Shown here in pieces: positions 16,350 through 25,037 of a stretch of DNA of 64,000 nucleotides. The DNA lies in the NCBI GenBank assembly GCA_052326445.1, contig JBKQNC010000007.1, positions 4,690-68,689 of the forward strand. The letters are read 5' to 3'. The notes beneath the pieces are model-generated. The model saw only the letters and a list, made by a program, of their open reading frames with translations. It was not told the DNA's origin and did no database searches. Made by a program: the position numbers and the translations under genes. The first letter of the stretch is position 1, and every line of letters starts with the position of its first letter. The stretch comes from Thermoplasmata archaeon. Its GTDB lineage: Archaea > Thermoplasmatota > Thermoplasmata > Lutacidiplasmatales > UBA184.

Positions 16350-18485
16350 ATGCAAGATCCAACCTTCTCCACGCACGGGGCCCGCGTCTCGGTGCGTCGC
16401 ACGCCGCACACTTCGTGGCGCAGAGTGTTGGCCGACTCGTTCCGGATGTTCCACCCGTCGCAGGAGGTCCGCCATCCGGTCATGTTCTGCGTCTACGTCC
16501 TGTTCTTCTTCCTGGTCGTTCTCACCCTCGTCCCGGGGGCCTTCCCGGACATCGCTCGGAGCTACAATGCCGGCTACTACCTGGCGGTCACGGTCATTCT
16601 CTTTCTGACGCTCTGGTTCGCGAACTTGGGCCAGGCGATCGCCGAGGCGCGAGGCCGGGCCCAGGCCGACAGCCTCCGACAGATCCGCAGCGGGGTACGA
16701 GCCCGCCAAGTCCTTCCGGACGGCCGGCTGCAGTGGGTCGCCTCCGACGTCCTGCACATCGGGGACACGGTGGAGGTCCAGCCGGGGGAGCCGATCCCGA
16801 TCGACGGGGATGTCGTCCACGGCGCGGGGCTCATCGACGAATCGATGATGACCGGTGAGTCCGAGGCCGTCATCCGGGAAAGTGGCGGGGACAAGACCAG
16901 TGTGCTGGGCGGCACGCGCCTGCTCCAGGGCACGATCCGGATCCGGGTCACGGCCGTCCGGGGCGAATCCTTCCTCGACCGCCTGATCCGGCTCGTCGAG
17001 GGGCAGGGGCGGGAGTCGACCCCGAACGAGATCGCCCTCGGCGTTCTCCTCTACGCCTTCACGATCACGTTGTTCACGGTCGTCGTTTCGTTCATCTTCC
17101 TGGCCGATTTCACGAACATCGTCTACATCGACGTCGCCACGATCGTCGCGCTGTTCGTCTGCCTCATGCCGACGACGATCGGAGCGCTGCTTCCCGCGAT
17201 CGGGATCTCCGGGATCAACCGGGTCGCCCGGGCCAACGTGATCGCGAAGTCGGGAAAGGCCGTCGAGGCGGCTGGCGACCTCGACCTGATCATCCTCGAC
17301 AAGACCGGCACGATCACGGTCGGGAACCGGCTCGCGGTCCAGTTCATCGCCGCTCCCGGGGTCGAGATGTCCGAGCTCCTCGGAGGCGCCCTGCTCGCCT
17401 CTTCGGTCGATGAGACCCCTGAGGGAAAATCGATTGTCCGCCTCGCAGCTCGACGCAACGCGCCGGTCCGCAAGCTCGAGCTCGGCTCGTTCAAGGTGAT
17501 GCCGTTCACCGCCGAGCGCCGAATGAGCGGGATCGTCCTCAAGGACGGCACCGAAGCCTACAAAGGAGCGCTCCAGGCGGTCGAGTCTTCGGGAACGGTC
17601 CTGCCGTACGAGGTTCGTCAGGCGGCCGCCCGGGTGTCGCGCCAGGGCATGACGCCTCTCGCCATTTCGGTGAACAAGCGGGCTCTCGGGATCGTCATCT
17701 TGAAGGACGTCGTGAAACCCGGCATTCGGGACCGGATCCGCGAACTTCGCACGATGGGGATCCGGACGGTCATGTGCACGGGCGACAACCGGCTCACCGC
17801 CGCGGCGATCGCCAAGGAGGCGGGGGTCGACGATTACGTGGCCGAGGCGAAACCCGAAACCAAGTTGCTGCTCATCCAGCGAGAGAAGTCGGAAGGGCGC
17901 ATGGTGGCGATGACCGGTGACGGGACGAACGACGCGCCCGCGCTCGCCCGCGCGGACGTCGGACTCGCGATGAACAGCGGCACCAGCGCGGCCAAGGAGG
18001 CCGGCAACATGGTCGACCTCGACAACGACCCCACGAAGCTGATCGAAGTGGTGTCGATCGGCAAGCAGCTCCTGATCACCCGGGGCGGGCTCACGACGTT
18101 CTCGATCACCAATGACGTCGCGAAGTACTTCGCGATCATCCCGGCGATCTTCATCGCCGCCGGCGCCGCGACCCTGCCCGGGGTTGCGGTCCTGAACATC
18201 ATGGGCCTTGGGGACCCCCAGCTCGCGGTCCTCTCGGCGCTCCTCTTCAACGCCCTGATCATCCCGATCCTGATCCCGCTGGCGCTCGCGGGAGTGCCCT
18301 TCCGGCCGAGCAGCGCGATCGACCTGCTCCGGAAGAACCTCCTCCTCTACGGGGGGGGTGGCCTCGTGAGCGCCTTCGCAGGGATCAAGCTCCTCTACCT
18401 CTTCCTGGCCTGGGTGGAAACGCTCCCGTTCGTCCACGCCCTCGGGATGGTCGTCAACCACTTCCTCCCCCTCGGAGGTCTGTGA
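16350..18485 (+). CDS. kdpB: Potassium-transporting P-type ATPase subunit KdpB
   Basis: Contains DKTGTIT (phosphorylation site), TGDN, MTGDGTNDAPALA and CLMPTTIG. Confidence 0.95.
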   Translation: MQDPTFSTHGARVSVRRTPHTSWRRVLADSFRMFHPSQEVRHPVMFCVYVLFFFLVVLTLVPGAFPDIARSYNAGYYLAVTVILFLTLWFANLGQAIAEARGRAQADSLRQIRSGVRARQVLPDGRLQWVASDVLHIGDTVEVQPGEPIPIDGDVVHGAGLIDESMMTGESEAVIRESGGDKTSVLGGTRLLQGTIRIRVTAVRGESFLDRLIRLVEGQGRESTPNEIALGVLLYAFTITLFTVVVSFIFLADFTNIVYIDVATIVALFVCLMPTTIGALLPAIGISGINRVARANVIAKSGKAVEAAGDLDLIILDKTGTITVGNRLAVQFIAAPGVEMSELLGGALLASSVDETPEGKSIVRLAARRNAPVRKLELGSFKVMPFTAERRMSGIVLKDGTEAYKGALQAVESSGTVLPYEVRQAAARVSRQGMTPLAISVNKRALGIVILKDVVKPGIRDRIRELRTMGIRTVMCTGDNRLTAAAIAKEAGVDDYVAEAKPETKLLLIQREKSEGRMVAMTGDGTNDAPALARADVGLAMNSGTSAAKEAGNMVDLDNDPTKLIEVVSIGKQLLITRGGLTTFSITNDVAKYFAIIPAIFIAAGAATLPGVAVLNIMGLGDPQLAVLSALLFNALIIPILIPLALAGVPFRPSSAIDLLRKNLLLYGGGGLVSAFAGIKLLYLFLAWVETLPFVHALGMVVNHFLPLGGL

Positions 18486-19222
18486 GCGCGCCGGTGTCGC
18501 CCTCCCCGAACCGCACCCCACCGGTCGTCTCGCATACCACCGGGACCCCGACGGAGATCATCCCCGTGCCGCCCGTGGCGACCCTCTCCCTCACTCCCTC
18601 CGACCGGCCGGCCACCGCGGACATCGCCCGCCCGGCGCACTCGTGGAAGACCCATGTGCGCGCGGCGGTCTTCTTCGTGGCGTTGTCCCTGTTGATGAGC
18701 GGGTTCGCCTATCCGGTCTTCGTCACGGAGGTCGCCCAGGTCATCGACCCGGGCGCGGCCAACGGCTCGCTCCTTTACTATCCGAACGGGACGATCGCCG
18801 GCTCGGCCCTCATCGCCCAGAACACGAGCGCGCCGTACCTCTTTTGGGAGCGGCCGTCGCTGACCGACTACAACATGACGCTCGGCGCGGATACGCCGTA
18901 CGGCCCGAGCGACCCGGCGCTGGCCGCCTGGTTCAATGAAACCATCGCGTACATGGATGAGTATGGGAACTTCACCGTGAACGCGTCGCTCCCCCTCTGG
19001 TATGTCAGCCCCTCCGCTTCGGGCGTCGACCCGGACCTGACGCCTGAGGCGGTGCTCGTCCAGGTGCCCCGCGTCGCGGAGAACACGAACCTCTCGATCG
19101 CCAACCTGACCACCCTGGTCAACGAGCATATCACGAACCCGTACCTGCCGTTTGTTGGAGTGGCCTACGTCAACGTGCTCGAGCTCGACCTCGCCCTGCT
19201 CCCCTTGATCGGGAAGGGGTGA
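18482..19222 (+). CDS. kdpC: Potassium-transporting ATPase subunit KdpC with Pro/Thr-rich N-terminal extension
   Basis: Overlaps kdpB as GTGA. The core AVFFVALSLLMSGFAYPV...SGVDPDLTPEA is KdpC-like. The first 58 codons have strong GC3 bias. GTG 18656 is an alternative start. Confidence 0.85.
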   Translation: MSAPVSPSPNRTPPVVSHTTGTPTEIIPVPPVATLSLTPSDRPATADIARPAHSWKTHVRAAVFFVALSLLMSGFAYPVFVTEVAQVIDPGAANGSLLYYPNGTIAGSALIAQNTSAPYLFWERPSLTDYNMTLGADTPYGPSDPALAAWFNETIAYMDEYGNFTVNASLPLWYVSPSASGVDPDLTPEAVLVQVPRVAENTNLSIANLTTLVNEHITNPYLPFVGVAYVNVLELDLALLPLIGKG

Positions 19223-19226
19223 CCGC

Positions 19227-20036
19227 GTGTACCAACGCATCCTCATTCCGGTCCAGCTCCCGTCCGAGGTCGAGCCGCTCATCCGCTTCGCGGCCAACCT
19301 TCTGGAGGCGGACGGGGAGATCCGTCTCCTCCACGTGATCCCGACCACGACGCTCCCCCAGGTCGCTCGGGAGTGGCGCGCGAGCGTGAACATCGTCGTA
19401 CCGGCCCACGAGGCCGGCGCCTCGCTGGACATCCGGGTCGAGCCGGAGGTGAAGGCCTCGACCGACGTTCCCGGGGAGATCCTCGAGAGCGCCGAGACGG
19501 CCGGGGTCGAGGCGATCCTCATGACGTTGCGGGGGAACCCGCGCAGCCGCAACCCGTTCGTCGGGCACACGACAAGTGGCATCCTCCATCACGCGACGTG
19601 CGACGTCCTGATCCTCAATCGGCTCGCCCTCGCCGGCGAGCGGGTCCCCCGGATCTTGATCCCGACGTTCCGTCCCACCGCCCCACCGAAGTCGATGCGG
19701 ATCGCGGAAGAGCTGTCGGTGCGGGGGGGCGGCGTGCCCGTCATCACCCTCGAGCTCGGGACCCGTCCCGAATCCGGACGCGACGCGTCCTCCCGGGACG
19801 AGCCGAGCCCCCGCGGGATCCCCCGGTTCCACAAGCAGTCGTTCTTCTCCCAGGCGATCCTCGGTCGCCGTCGGAGGCTCCCCGAACTCATGCTGCAGGC
19901 GGCCCAGCGGGAGCGGTTCGGTCTCCTGCTCGTCGGCGGCGAGGAGGAGTCCACCGAAGGGCCTCTCCTGACGCGCTGGTTCCTGGAGGAACTGTTCCGC
20001 GCCGCTCCATGCCCCGTGCTCGCCCTGCGGGACTGA
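19227..20036 (+). CDS. Tandem universal stress protein (USP) domain protein, KdpQ-like position
   Basis: It has two USP-like halves (RILIPVQ...LLHVI...VGHTTSGILHHATCDVLIL and RILIPT...LLLVGGEE...APCPVLAL). It starts 4 nt after the kdpC stop. Confidence 0.75.
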   Translation: MYQRILIPVQLPSEVEPLIRFAANLLEADGEIRLLHVIPTTTLPQVAREWRASVNIVVPAHEAGASLDIRVEPEVKASTDVPGEILESAETAGVEAILMTLRGNPRSRNPFVGHTTSGILHHATCDVLILNRLALAGERVPRILIPTFRPTAPPKSMRIAEELSVRGGGVPVITLELGTRPESGRDASSRDEPSPRGIPRFHKQSFFSQAILGRRRRLPELMLQAAQRERFGLLLVGGEEESTEGPLLTRWFLEELFRAAPCPVLALRD

Positions 20037-20051
20037 GCGGAGGCGGGCCGG

Positions 20052-20819
20052 ATGGGCGAACTCTGGTTCGTCGGCCTCGGTCTCTCCGACGAGCGGGGAC
20101 TCTCCGAGGAGGCGGTCACCGCGCTGCGCGGCGCCGACCGCATCTTCGCGGAGGAGTACACCGCTGTCGCGCCCGCGGGCACCCTTGACCGGATTTCCGC
20201 CCGGGTCGGTCACCCGGTCGAGCTCCTGGACCGCGCCGCGCTCGAGTCCGAGCGCCCGGTCCTGGACGCGCTCGCGCAGCACGGCCGCGTCGCGCTCCTC
20301 GTGGTCGGAGACCCGTTCGCCGCGACGACCCATGTCGCCCTGCGACTCGCGGCCGAACGGGCGGGCCATACCTGGAGGTATCTCCCGAACGCGAGCATCC
20401 TCACCGCGGCGGCGGGGTTCCTCGGGCTCATGCAGTACCGGTTCGGGCGCACGGTCTCCGTGCCGTTGCCCGACCCCGGCTTCACGCCCCGGTCGATGGT
20501 CGACCAGATCTCGGGGAACCTCGAGCGCGGCCTCCACACGCTCGTCCTCCTCGACCTACGCCCCGGGGAGGGACGCTACCTCACGGCCGGGGAAGCCCTC
20601 CATATTCTCGCGGAGCGCGACCCCGACCACGCCGTCCTTCGACCCGAGACCCCCGTCGCGGTGGTGGCGCGGGTCGGCACCGAATCCGCGGCGGCTTGGT
20701 TCGGGCCGTGGACCCGCGTGGTCGACCAGGACTTCGGCCCGCCGTTGCACGCGATCGTGATCCCGGCGGAGCTCCACTTCGAGGAGTCCGCGGCGCTCGA
20801 ACGATTCCGGGTCCGGTAG
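20052..20819 (+). CDS. dph5: Diphthine synthase
   Basis: Motifs: MGELWFVGLGLSDERGLSEEA..., EEYT, and VGDPFAATTH, typical of Dph5 (tetrapyrrole methylase fold). Confidence 0.9.
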   Translation: MGELWFVGLGLSDERGLSEEAVTALRGADRIFAEEYTAVAPAGTLDRISARVGHPVELLDRAALESERPVLDALAQHGRVALLVVGDPFAATTHVALRLAAERAGHTWRYLPNASILTAAAGFLGLMQYRFGRTVSVPLPDPGFTPRSMVDQISGNLERGLHTLVLLDLRPGEGRYLTAGEALHILAERDPDHAVLRPETPVAVVARVGTESAAAWFGPWTRVVDQDFGPPLHAIVIPAELHFEESAALERFRVR

Positions 20820-20823
20820 CGAT

Positions 20824-21207
20824 TCAGGTCGAGCCGACGGCGGGGGGGCCCAGCGCTTCGGCGAACTGGCGGATGCGGAACGGACGGAGCAGCACGACGT
20901 CGATGGAGGCGCTCGACCCCGCGGGCGGGGGTCGCGAGGAGGGCGCGACGAGGATGGTTCGGATCGTGGGGACGGCGGCCCGGGCCTCGCCGACGAGCGA
21001 GAGGGCGCTCCCTTCGGCCAGGTTGACGTCGACGACCAGGAGGCTGGGGTGGTGGTGGCGGATCAGCTCGAGCGCCTCGGAGCACCCCTCGGCCTCGCCG
21101 TCGACCCGAAAGTGGTGCAGACGAAGTAGTCCGCGGAGCAGTACTCGGGTCTCCTCATCGCCGGCGACGACGACGGCGGTATTGGGTGCCGTCTCCCCTC
21201 CGCTCAA
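20824..21207 (-). CDS. Stand-alone response-regulator receiver domain (CheY-like)
   Basis: It has the acidic pair GDEE, a phospho-acceptor context SLLVVDVNL, and LLRPF in place of the usual K-P-F. There is no output domain. The start is TTG. Confidence 0.7.
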   Translation of the reverse strand: MSGGETAPNTAVVVAGDEETRVLLRGLLRLHHFRVDGEAEGCSEALELIRHHHPSLLVVDVNLAEGSALSLVGEARAAVPTIRTILVAPSSRPPPAGSSASIDVVLLRPFRIRQFAEALGPPAVGST

Positions 21208-21323
21208 CCTTCAACGCCTCGTGCAAGGGGCCCTCCCTCGACCCGGGGGGTGAGCGCCTCCGGGCGGGCACCGGGGTCGAGGATAGATATCTTTTGGTGG
21301 CCGGTTCGGGGGGCCCCCCCAAC

Positions 21324-22877
21324 TCAGCCGGGGGCGGTTTCCCGCGTTCCCCAATCCGCCACGCCGGCGGCCCGCAATAAGGAGTCCAGAGAGTCGTGGT
21401 AGGACGCGGCCGTCGAGTTCAGGAGGGTCCGGGCGGCGCCCGCGAGTGAGGAGCCGAACTCCTGCTCCGTCGGGGTGAACTGCCACGCATGGGCGCCGGC
21501 CCGTCCCAGCGCCATCAGGAAGGCGTAGGCGAGCCCTCGTTCCTTGCCCTCCCGGGGAAGGGTCTGAACGATCGATCGCTCCGCGCCGGCCTCCCGGTGG
21601 GTGCGGTAGGAGCGGGCGACCCGGTCGACCCAGGCCGCCTCGCTCGAAAGGCGACTGTACCGCGGCAGGGCTTCGAGGAGCTCGCGCTCCTCCCCGCGTC
21701 GCTGGGCGCGCTTCAGGATCTCGGCGATCCGACCGGGGGCGTCGCGGGCCTCCTGGAGGGCCCGCCGGGCCTCGGCCGCGTCCTCCGTGATCGCCCCCAC
21801 GATCTCCTCGGCGTGCTGGGGCCAGAGACGTTCGAGCGCACGGCTCGCCGCCGGCTCGTCGACCTCGAAGTAGCCGCGGGTCCCCGCGAGCGCGGCTTCG
21901 AGCGCCCGACGCTCGACCGCGGTCGGATGCAGGGCATCGAGGAACTCTGCCATGCGGTCGCCGTAGCAGATCCCACCGGCCACGAGCGTCGTGCGTCGGG
22001 TCCCCTCGATGACCGGTCGGACCTCGTTCCGGTAGGCGTCGAGCAGGGCGGCGTCGGAGAGCCGACCGAACACGTAGTCACGACGCAGGCGTTTCGGGAG
22101 CGACGGAAGGTCGGCGTGGACGCACTCGGGCCCTCCCCGGCACTCCACGTTCAGCTCGACCTCGACCGGGAACGCCGCCTCCGGATCGGGTACGGCCGCG
22201 TCGTCGGACAGGACGCTCAGGAGATGGCGGTCGTCCTTCGCGCACTTCCGGCAGATGCGGAAGGCCCGGTCCGCCCCCGGCCAACCGACCTCGAGGTAGG
22301 GGCGGGCCTCCTTCGCGGCGAGGTGCGGGCACGCGTGCACCCGACCGCTCGCGTCCGGGACCGTGCGGTAGGGGAGGTCCGCGATCCGTTCGGCGAGGAC
22401 ATCCCCGGGGGGACGGGGGGAGCGACCGGTGCACCAGAGCGCTTTGCGGGACGCATAGAAGTGGAGGCCCTTACGGGCCATCTCCATGTACCCGAGGAGC
22501 AGCCGGCTGGGGTCGTCGGACTGCTGGACCGCCACCTCGGCCTCCCGGTCCGCTCTCGAGAGCGCGGCGTACGAGACGTCGCCCGCGGGCAGCGGGAACG
22601 AGACGACCGTGGGGGTCTTCGGGTCGAGGTAGAACGCAAGCAAGCCGGCGTAGGCCCGGGGGAGGGAATCCCCGTGGCGGGCCAGTTTTTCGAGCCGCCG
22701 GCTGTCGTCGCGGGCCTCCCGGATCTCCTCGAAGTCGGAGCGGAGGCGGTCGAACCGGTCGTGCGGGGCATCCCCGGTCAATCGGGGGAGCAGGGAGTCG
22801 ACCGACTCGCGGAGCGCCTTCGCTCGCACGACGAGGTCGTGCTCTCGCACTCCTGAAGCCCGCCGCATCCGCGCCAT
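21324..22877 (-). CDS. Hypothetical 517-aa Cys/His-motif protein
   Basis: It has a strong coding bias and a TATA-like CTACATATT 29 nt upstream of the ATG. Motifs are HACPH...CRKCAKDDRH...ECRGGPECVH. I recognise no family. Confidence 0.7.
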   Translation of the reverse strand: MARMRRASGVREHDLVVRAKALRESVDSLLPRLTGDAPHDRFDRLRSDFEEIREARDDSRRLEKLARHGDSLPRAYAGLLAFYLDPKTPTVVSFPLPAGDVSYAALSRADREAEVAVQQSDDPSRLLLGYMEMARKGLHFYASRKALWCTGRSPRPPGDVLAERIADLPYRTVPDASGRVHACPHLAAKEARPYLEVGWPGADRAFRICRKCAKDDRHLLSVLSDDAAVPDPEAAFPVEVELNVECRGGPECVHADLPSLPKRLRRDYVFGRLSDAALLDAYRNEVRPVIEGTRRTTLVAGGICYGDRMAEFLDALHPTAVERRALEAALAGTRGYFEVDEPAASRALERLWPQHAEEIVGAITEDAAEARRALQEARDAPGRIAEILKRAQRRGEERELLEALPRYSRLSSEAAWVDRVARSYRTHREAGAERSIVQTLPREGKERGLAYAFLMALGRAGAHAWQFTPTEQEFGSSLAGAARTLLNSTAASYHDSLDSLLRAAGVADWGTRETAPG

Positions 22878-22926
22878 CGAGACCCGGGGGAGCGAGGGGG
22901 CCTACATATTCCCGCGGGGGGGCCGG

Positions 22927-23490
22927 TCAGCGTCGGCAGGCCCCGATGAAGTGGCGGAAGATCTCGCGACCCCCGTCAGTGTGCTCGACCTCGGGGTGGA
23001 ACTGGACGCCCCAGATGGGACGGGTCGGGTGGGCCATCGCCTGGACGGGACAGGACGCGGAGTGGGCGAGCGTGGCCCAGCCGGCGGGGGGGACCATCAC
23101 GTGGTCGTTGTGGTTTGACCAGACCTTGAGCTGGTGAGGAAGACCCTCGAACAGGGGGTGGTCCGGCCGGTCCACGGTCACGTCCGTCGCCCCGAACTCC
23201 GGGTCCCCGCGGACCACCCGGCCCCCAAAGTGGCGGCCCAGGAACTGGTGGCCGACGCAGATGCCGAGGACCGGCACGTCGATGGAGTCGATCCAGGCGG
23301 CGACTGCGCCGAGCGGCGTATCACCCCCCTCCAGGCTCAGCGCCCCGCCCGAGAGGACGAGGCCGTCGGCCCCGAGCTCGGCCCGGGGCGTCGTGTTCGG
23401 GACGATTGCGGTCTCGACGTCCAGGTCGCGGAGGACGCGCCACTCCCGGTGGGTCCATTGGCCGCCGTTGTCGATGACCAGGATCTTCAG
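22927..23490 (-). CDS. guaAA: GMP synthase (glutamine-hydrolysing) subunit A, class I glutamine amidotransferase; apparent CTG start
   Basis: The track gives only 22927..23277. The same frame upstream encodes LKILVIDNGGQWTHREWRVL...VPVLGICVGHQ, followed later by HPE. No ATG/GTG/TTG occurs upstream of 23277. CTG 23490 follows GGAGGATCC and overlaps the upstream stop as CTGA. Confidence 0.75.
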   Translation of the reverse strand: MKILVIDNGGQWTHREWRVLRDLDVETAIVPNTTPRAELGADGLVLSGGALSLEGGDTPLGAVAAWIDSIDVPVLGICVGHQFLGRHFGGRVVRGDPEFGATDVTVDRPDHPLFEGLPHQLKVWSNHNDHVMVPPAGWATLAHSASCPVQAMAHPTRPIWGVQFHPEVEHTDGGREIFRHFIGACRR

Positions 23491-23846
23491 GGATCCTCCT
23501 CCCGGGGACCGGTCGTCTTGGCCGGAGGGGGAGTCGAGTCGCGCCGGAGCTCCTCGACCGCGGTCTTGACCTCGGCGAGGTCGGTGCGCATCCGGAGCAT
23601 CTCCTCCTCGAAGGGAGTGAACCCGGAGGGCGATAGGATCCGGGCCGAGATGTAGATCCCGATGAAGATCGCGCCGACGAGCGCCACGATCGTCGTGAAG
23701 ACCAGCGCGAGCAGGAGGACGAGCGGGTCCCCGATCCAGGACTCAACCGGCACCGTGAACAAGTGCGTGATCTCCGCGAGCTCGACGACGAGCAGGAGGA
23801 CGATCAACAGGGCCCAGGCCACCATGACCAATCGAGAGGTTTTCAT
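23487..23846 (-). CDS. Membrane protein (2 TM + C-terminal coiled coil), 119 aa
   Basis: It starts at ATG 23846 (MKTSRLVMVAWALLIVLLLVV), which forms an ATGA overlap with the upstream gene. A second TM is LVLLLALVFTTIVALVGAIFIGIYI. The tail is EEEMLRMRTDLAEVKTAVEELRR. Confidence 0.6.
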   Translation of the reverse strand: MKTSRLVMVAWALLIVLLLVVELAEITHLFTVPVESWIGDPLVLLLALVFTTIVALVGAIFIGIYISARILSPSGFTPFEEEMLRMRTDLAEVKTAVEELRRDSTPPPAKTTGPREEDP

Positions 23847-24403
23847 GGGCCGCTCCCGACGTCGACGAGGGGGACCGTGACGGGGAGGGAGGAGATCGGG
23901 GTCGGTCCGCTCACGGCCAGTCCCGAGGTGGAGGTGGCCGAGTACAGGGTCTCCCCCGACGCCCCGGAGGCGGAGCGGAAGTCGAAGGCCACGACCCCGA
24001 GGTACAGGGCGCTCGTGCCGGAGGCCTGGTACCACGCCGAGATGTTCAGAGCGACCGGGTTGGCGTCGGTCGCCCAGGAGAGCGTGAGCAGCTCACTCCC
24101 GTTCGTCCCATTCGACCAGGCCAACCGACCGGTCGGGAACGATCCGGTCCAATTGAACCCCGTCGCGACCTCGATGGACATCTGGGTGTACCGGACCGTA
24201 GTGCCGACCCCCCGCAGATAGAAGTGCGTAAGGTTCGCCCCCGGGACCCGGTCGACGATCAACTCCGCCTGGGTGAGCAACCCGACGGCTGCGGGGCCGC
24301 TTGAGAGGAGCACGGGCGTGAGGAGGATCACGACCACGAGCAGGAGGGCGATCGAGGCAAACCGGGCCGGCACGAAACGAGCGAAGGTCTCCCGCCGCGT
24401 CAC
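23843..24403 (-). CDS. Signal-anchored extracytoplasmic beta-rich protein, 186 aa
   Basis: Overlaps ubiX as GTGA. The N-terminus is RRETFARFVPARFASIALLLVVVILLTPVLL. The Ser/Thr/Gly-rich body carries N-x-S/T sequons (NLT, NWT, NGT, NGS, NIS). Confidence 0.6.
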   Translation of the reverse strand: MTRRETFARFVPARFASIALLLVVVILLTPVLLSSGPAAVGLLTQAELIVDRVPGANLTHFYLRGVGTTVRYTQMSIEVATGFNWTGSFPTGRLAWSNGTNGSELLTLSWATDANPVALNISAWYQASGTSALYLGVVAFDFRSASGASGETLYSATSTSGLAVSGPTPISSLPVTVPLVDVGSGP

Positions 24404-24975
24404 TTCGGCTCCGCCTTCCAGCCACGGTAGAGATGGTGCGGTACGCCGAGGTGGTCGAGGACCTTGCCGGCCAGGTACCCCGTGAGGTCGTCGACGGAGC
24501 GCGGATGGAGGTAGTACGGGGGAGCTGCGTCGAGGACGACGACCCCGAGCTCGCTCAAGGTGGTCAGGTGACGGAGCAGGGTCGTGGGCAGCGGGGTCTC
24601 TCGGGGCACGATGATCAGCCGTCGCCGCTCCTTCAGGTGGACGTGGGCGGCCCGGGTGAGCAGCGTGTCACAGAGCCCGAGCGCGATCTTGGCGGTCGTG
24701 TTGGCTGAGCAGGGGACGACGACCATGCCCCGGGTGGGCCGCGAGCCGCTCGCGATGGGGGCCCCGAGGTCGTGGTCCGAGTAGACGACCGTGGCGAGCG
24801 AACCGAGCTCCTCGGGGGTCCGTTGGCTCTCCTCCTTCAGGACCGCCCGGGCCCCGTCCGACACGACCAGGGCGACCGGGACCTCCGCCGCCCGGAGGGC
24901 TTCGAGGACCCGTACGGCGATCGGGGCGCCGCTCGCTCCCGAGACTCCAACGACAATGGGCGGTGAATCGACCAC
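24400..24975 (-). CDS. ubiX: UbiX-family flavin prenyltransferase
   Basis: Contains VVGVSGASGAPIAVRVLEAL, VVPCSANTTAKIALG and LIIVPRETPL. The length, 191 aa, is typical. Confidence 0.9.
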   Translation of the reverse strand: MVDSPPIVVGVSGASGAPIAVRVLEALRAAEVPVALVVSDGARAVLKEESQRTPEELGSLATVVYSDHDLGAPIASGSRPTRGMVVVPCSANTTAKIALGLCDTLLTRAAHVHLKERRRLIIVPRETPLPTTLLRHLTTLSELGVVVLDAAPPYYLHPRSVDDLTGYLAGKVLDHLGVPHHLYRGWKAEPK

Positions 24976-25037
24976 AGAGGCCCCAGCGTTATCTGCCTCG
25001 AGCGACTCGTCTGATAAGACGATTCTCGGGTGGGCAC

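Noticed and set aside
12756-18521. Long antisense ORFs opposite the Hef helicase, kdpA and kdpB (530, 449 and 752 aa)
   Set aside because: Their composition is dominated by Arg/Asp/Glu/Gly/Pro with no family signatures. The sense strands carry textbook helicase and Kdp motifs.
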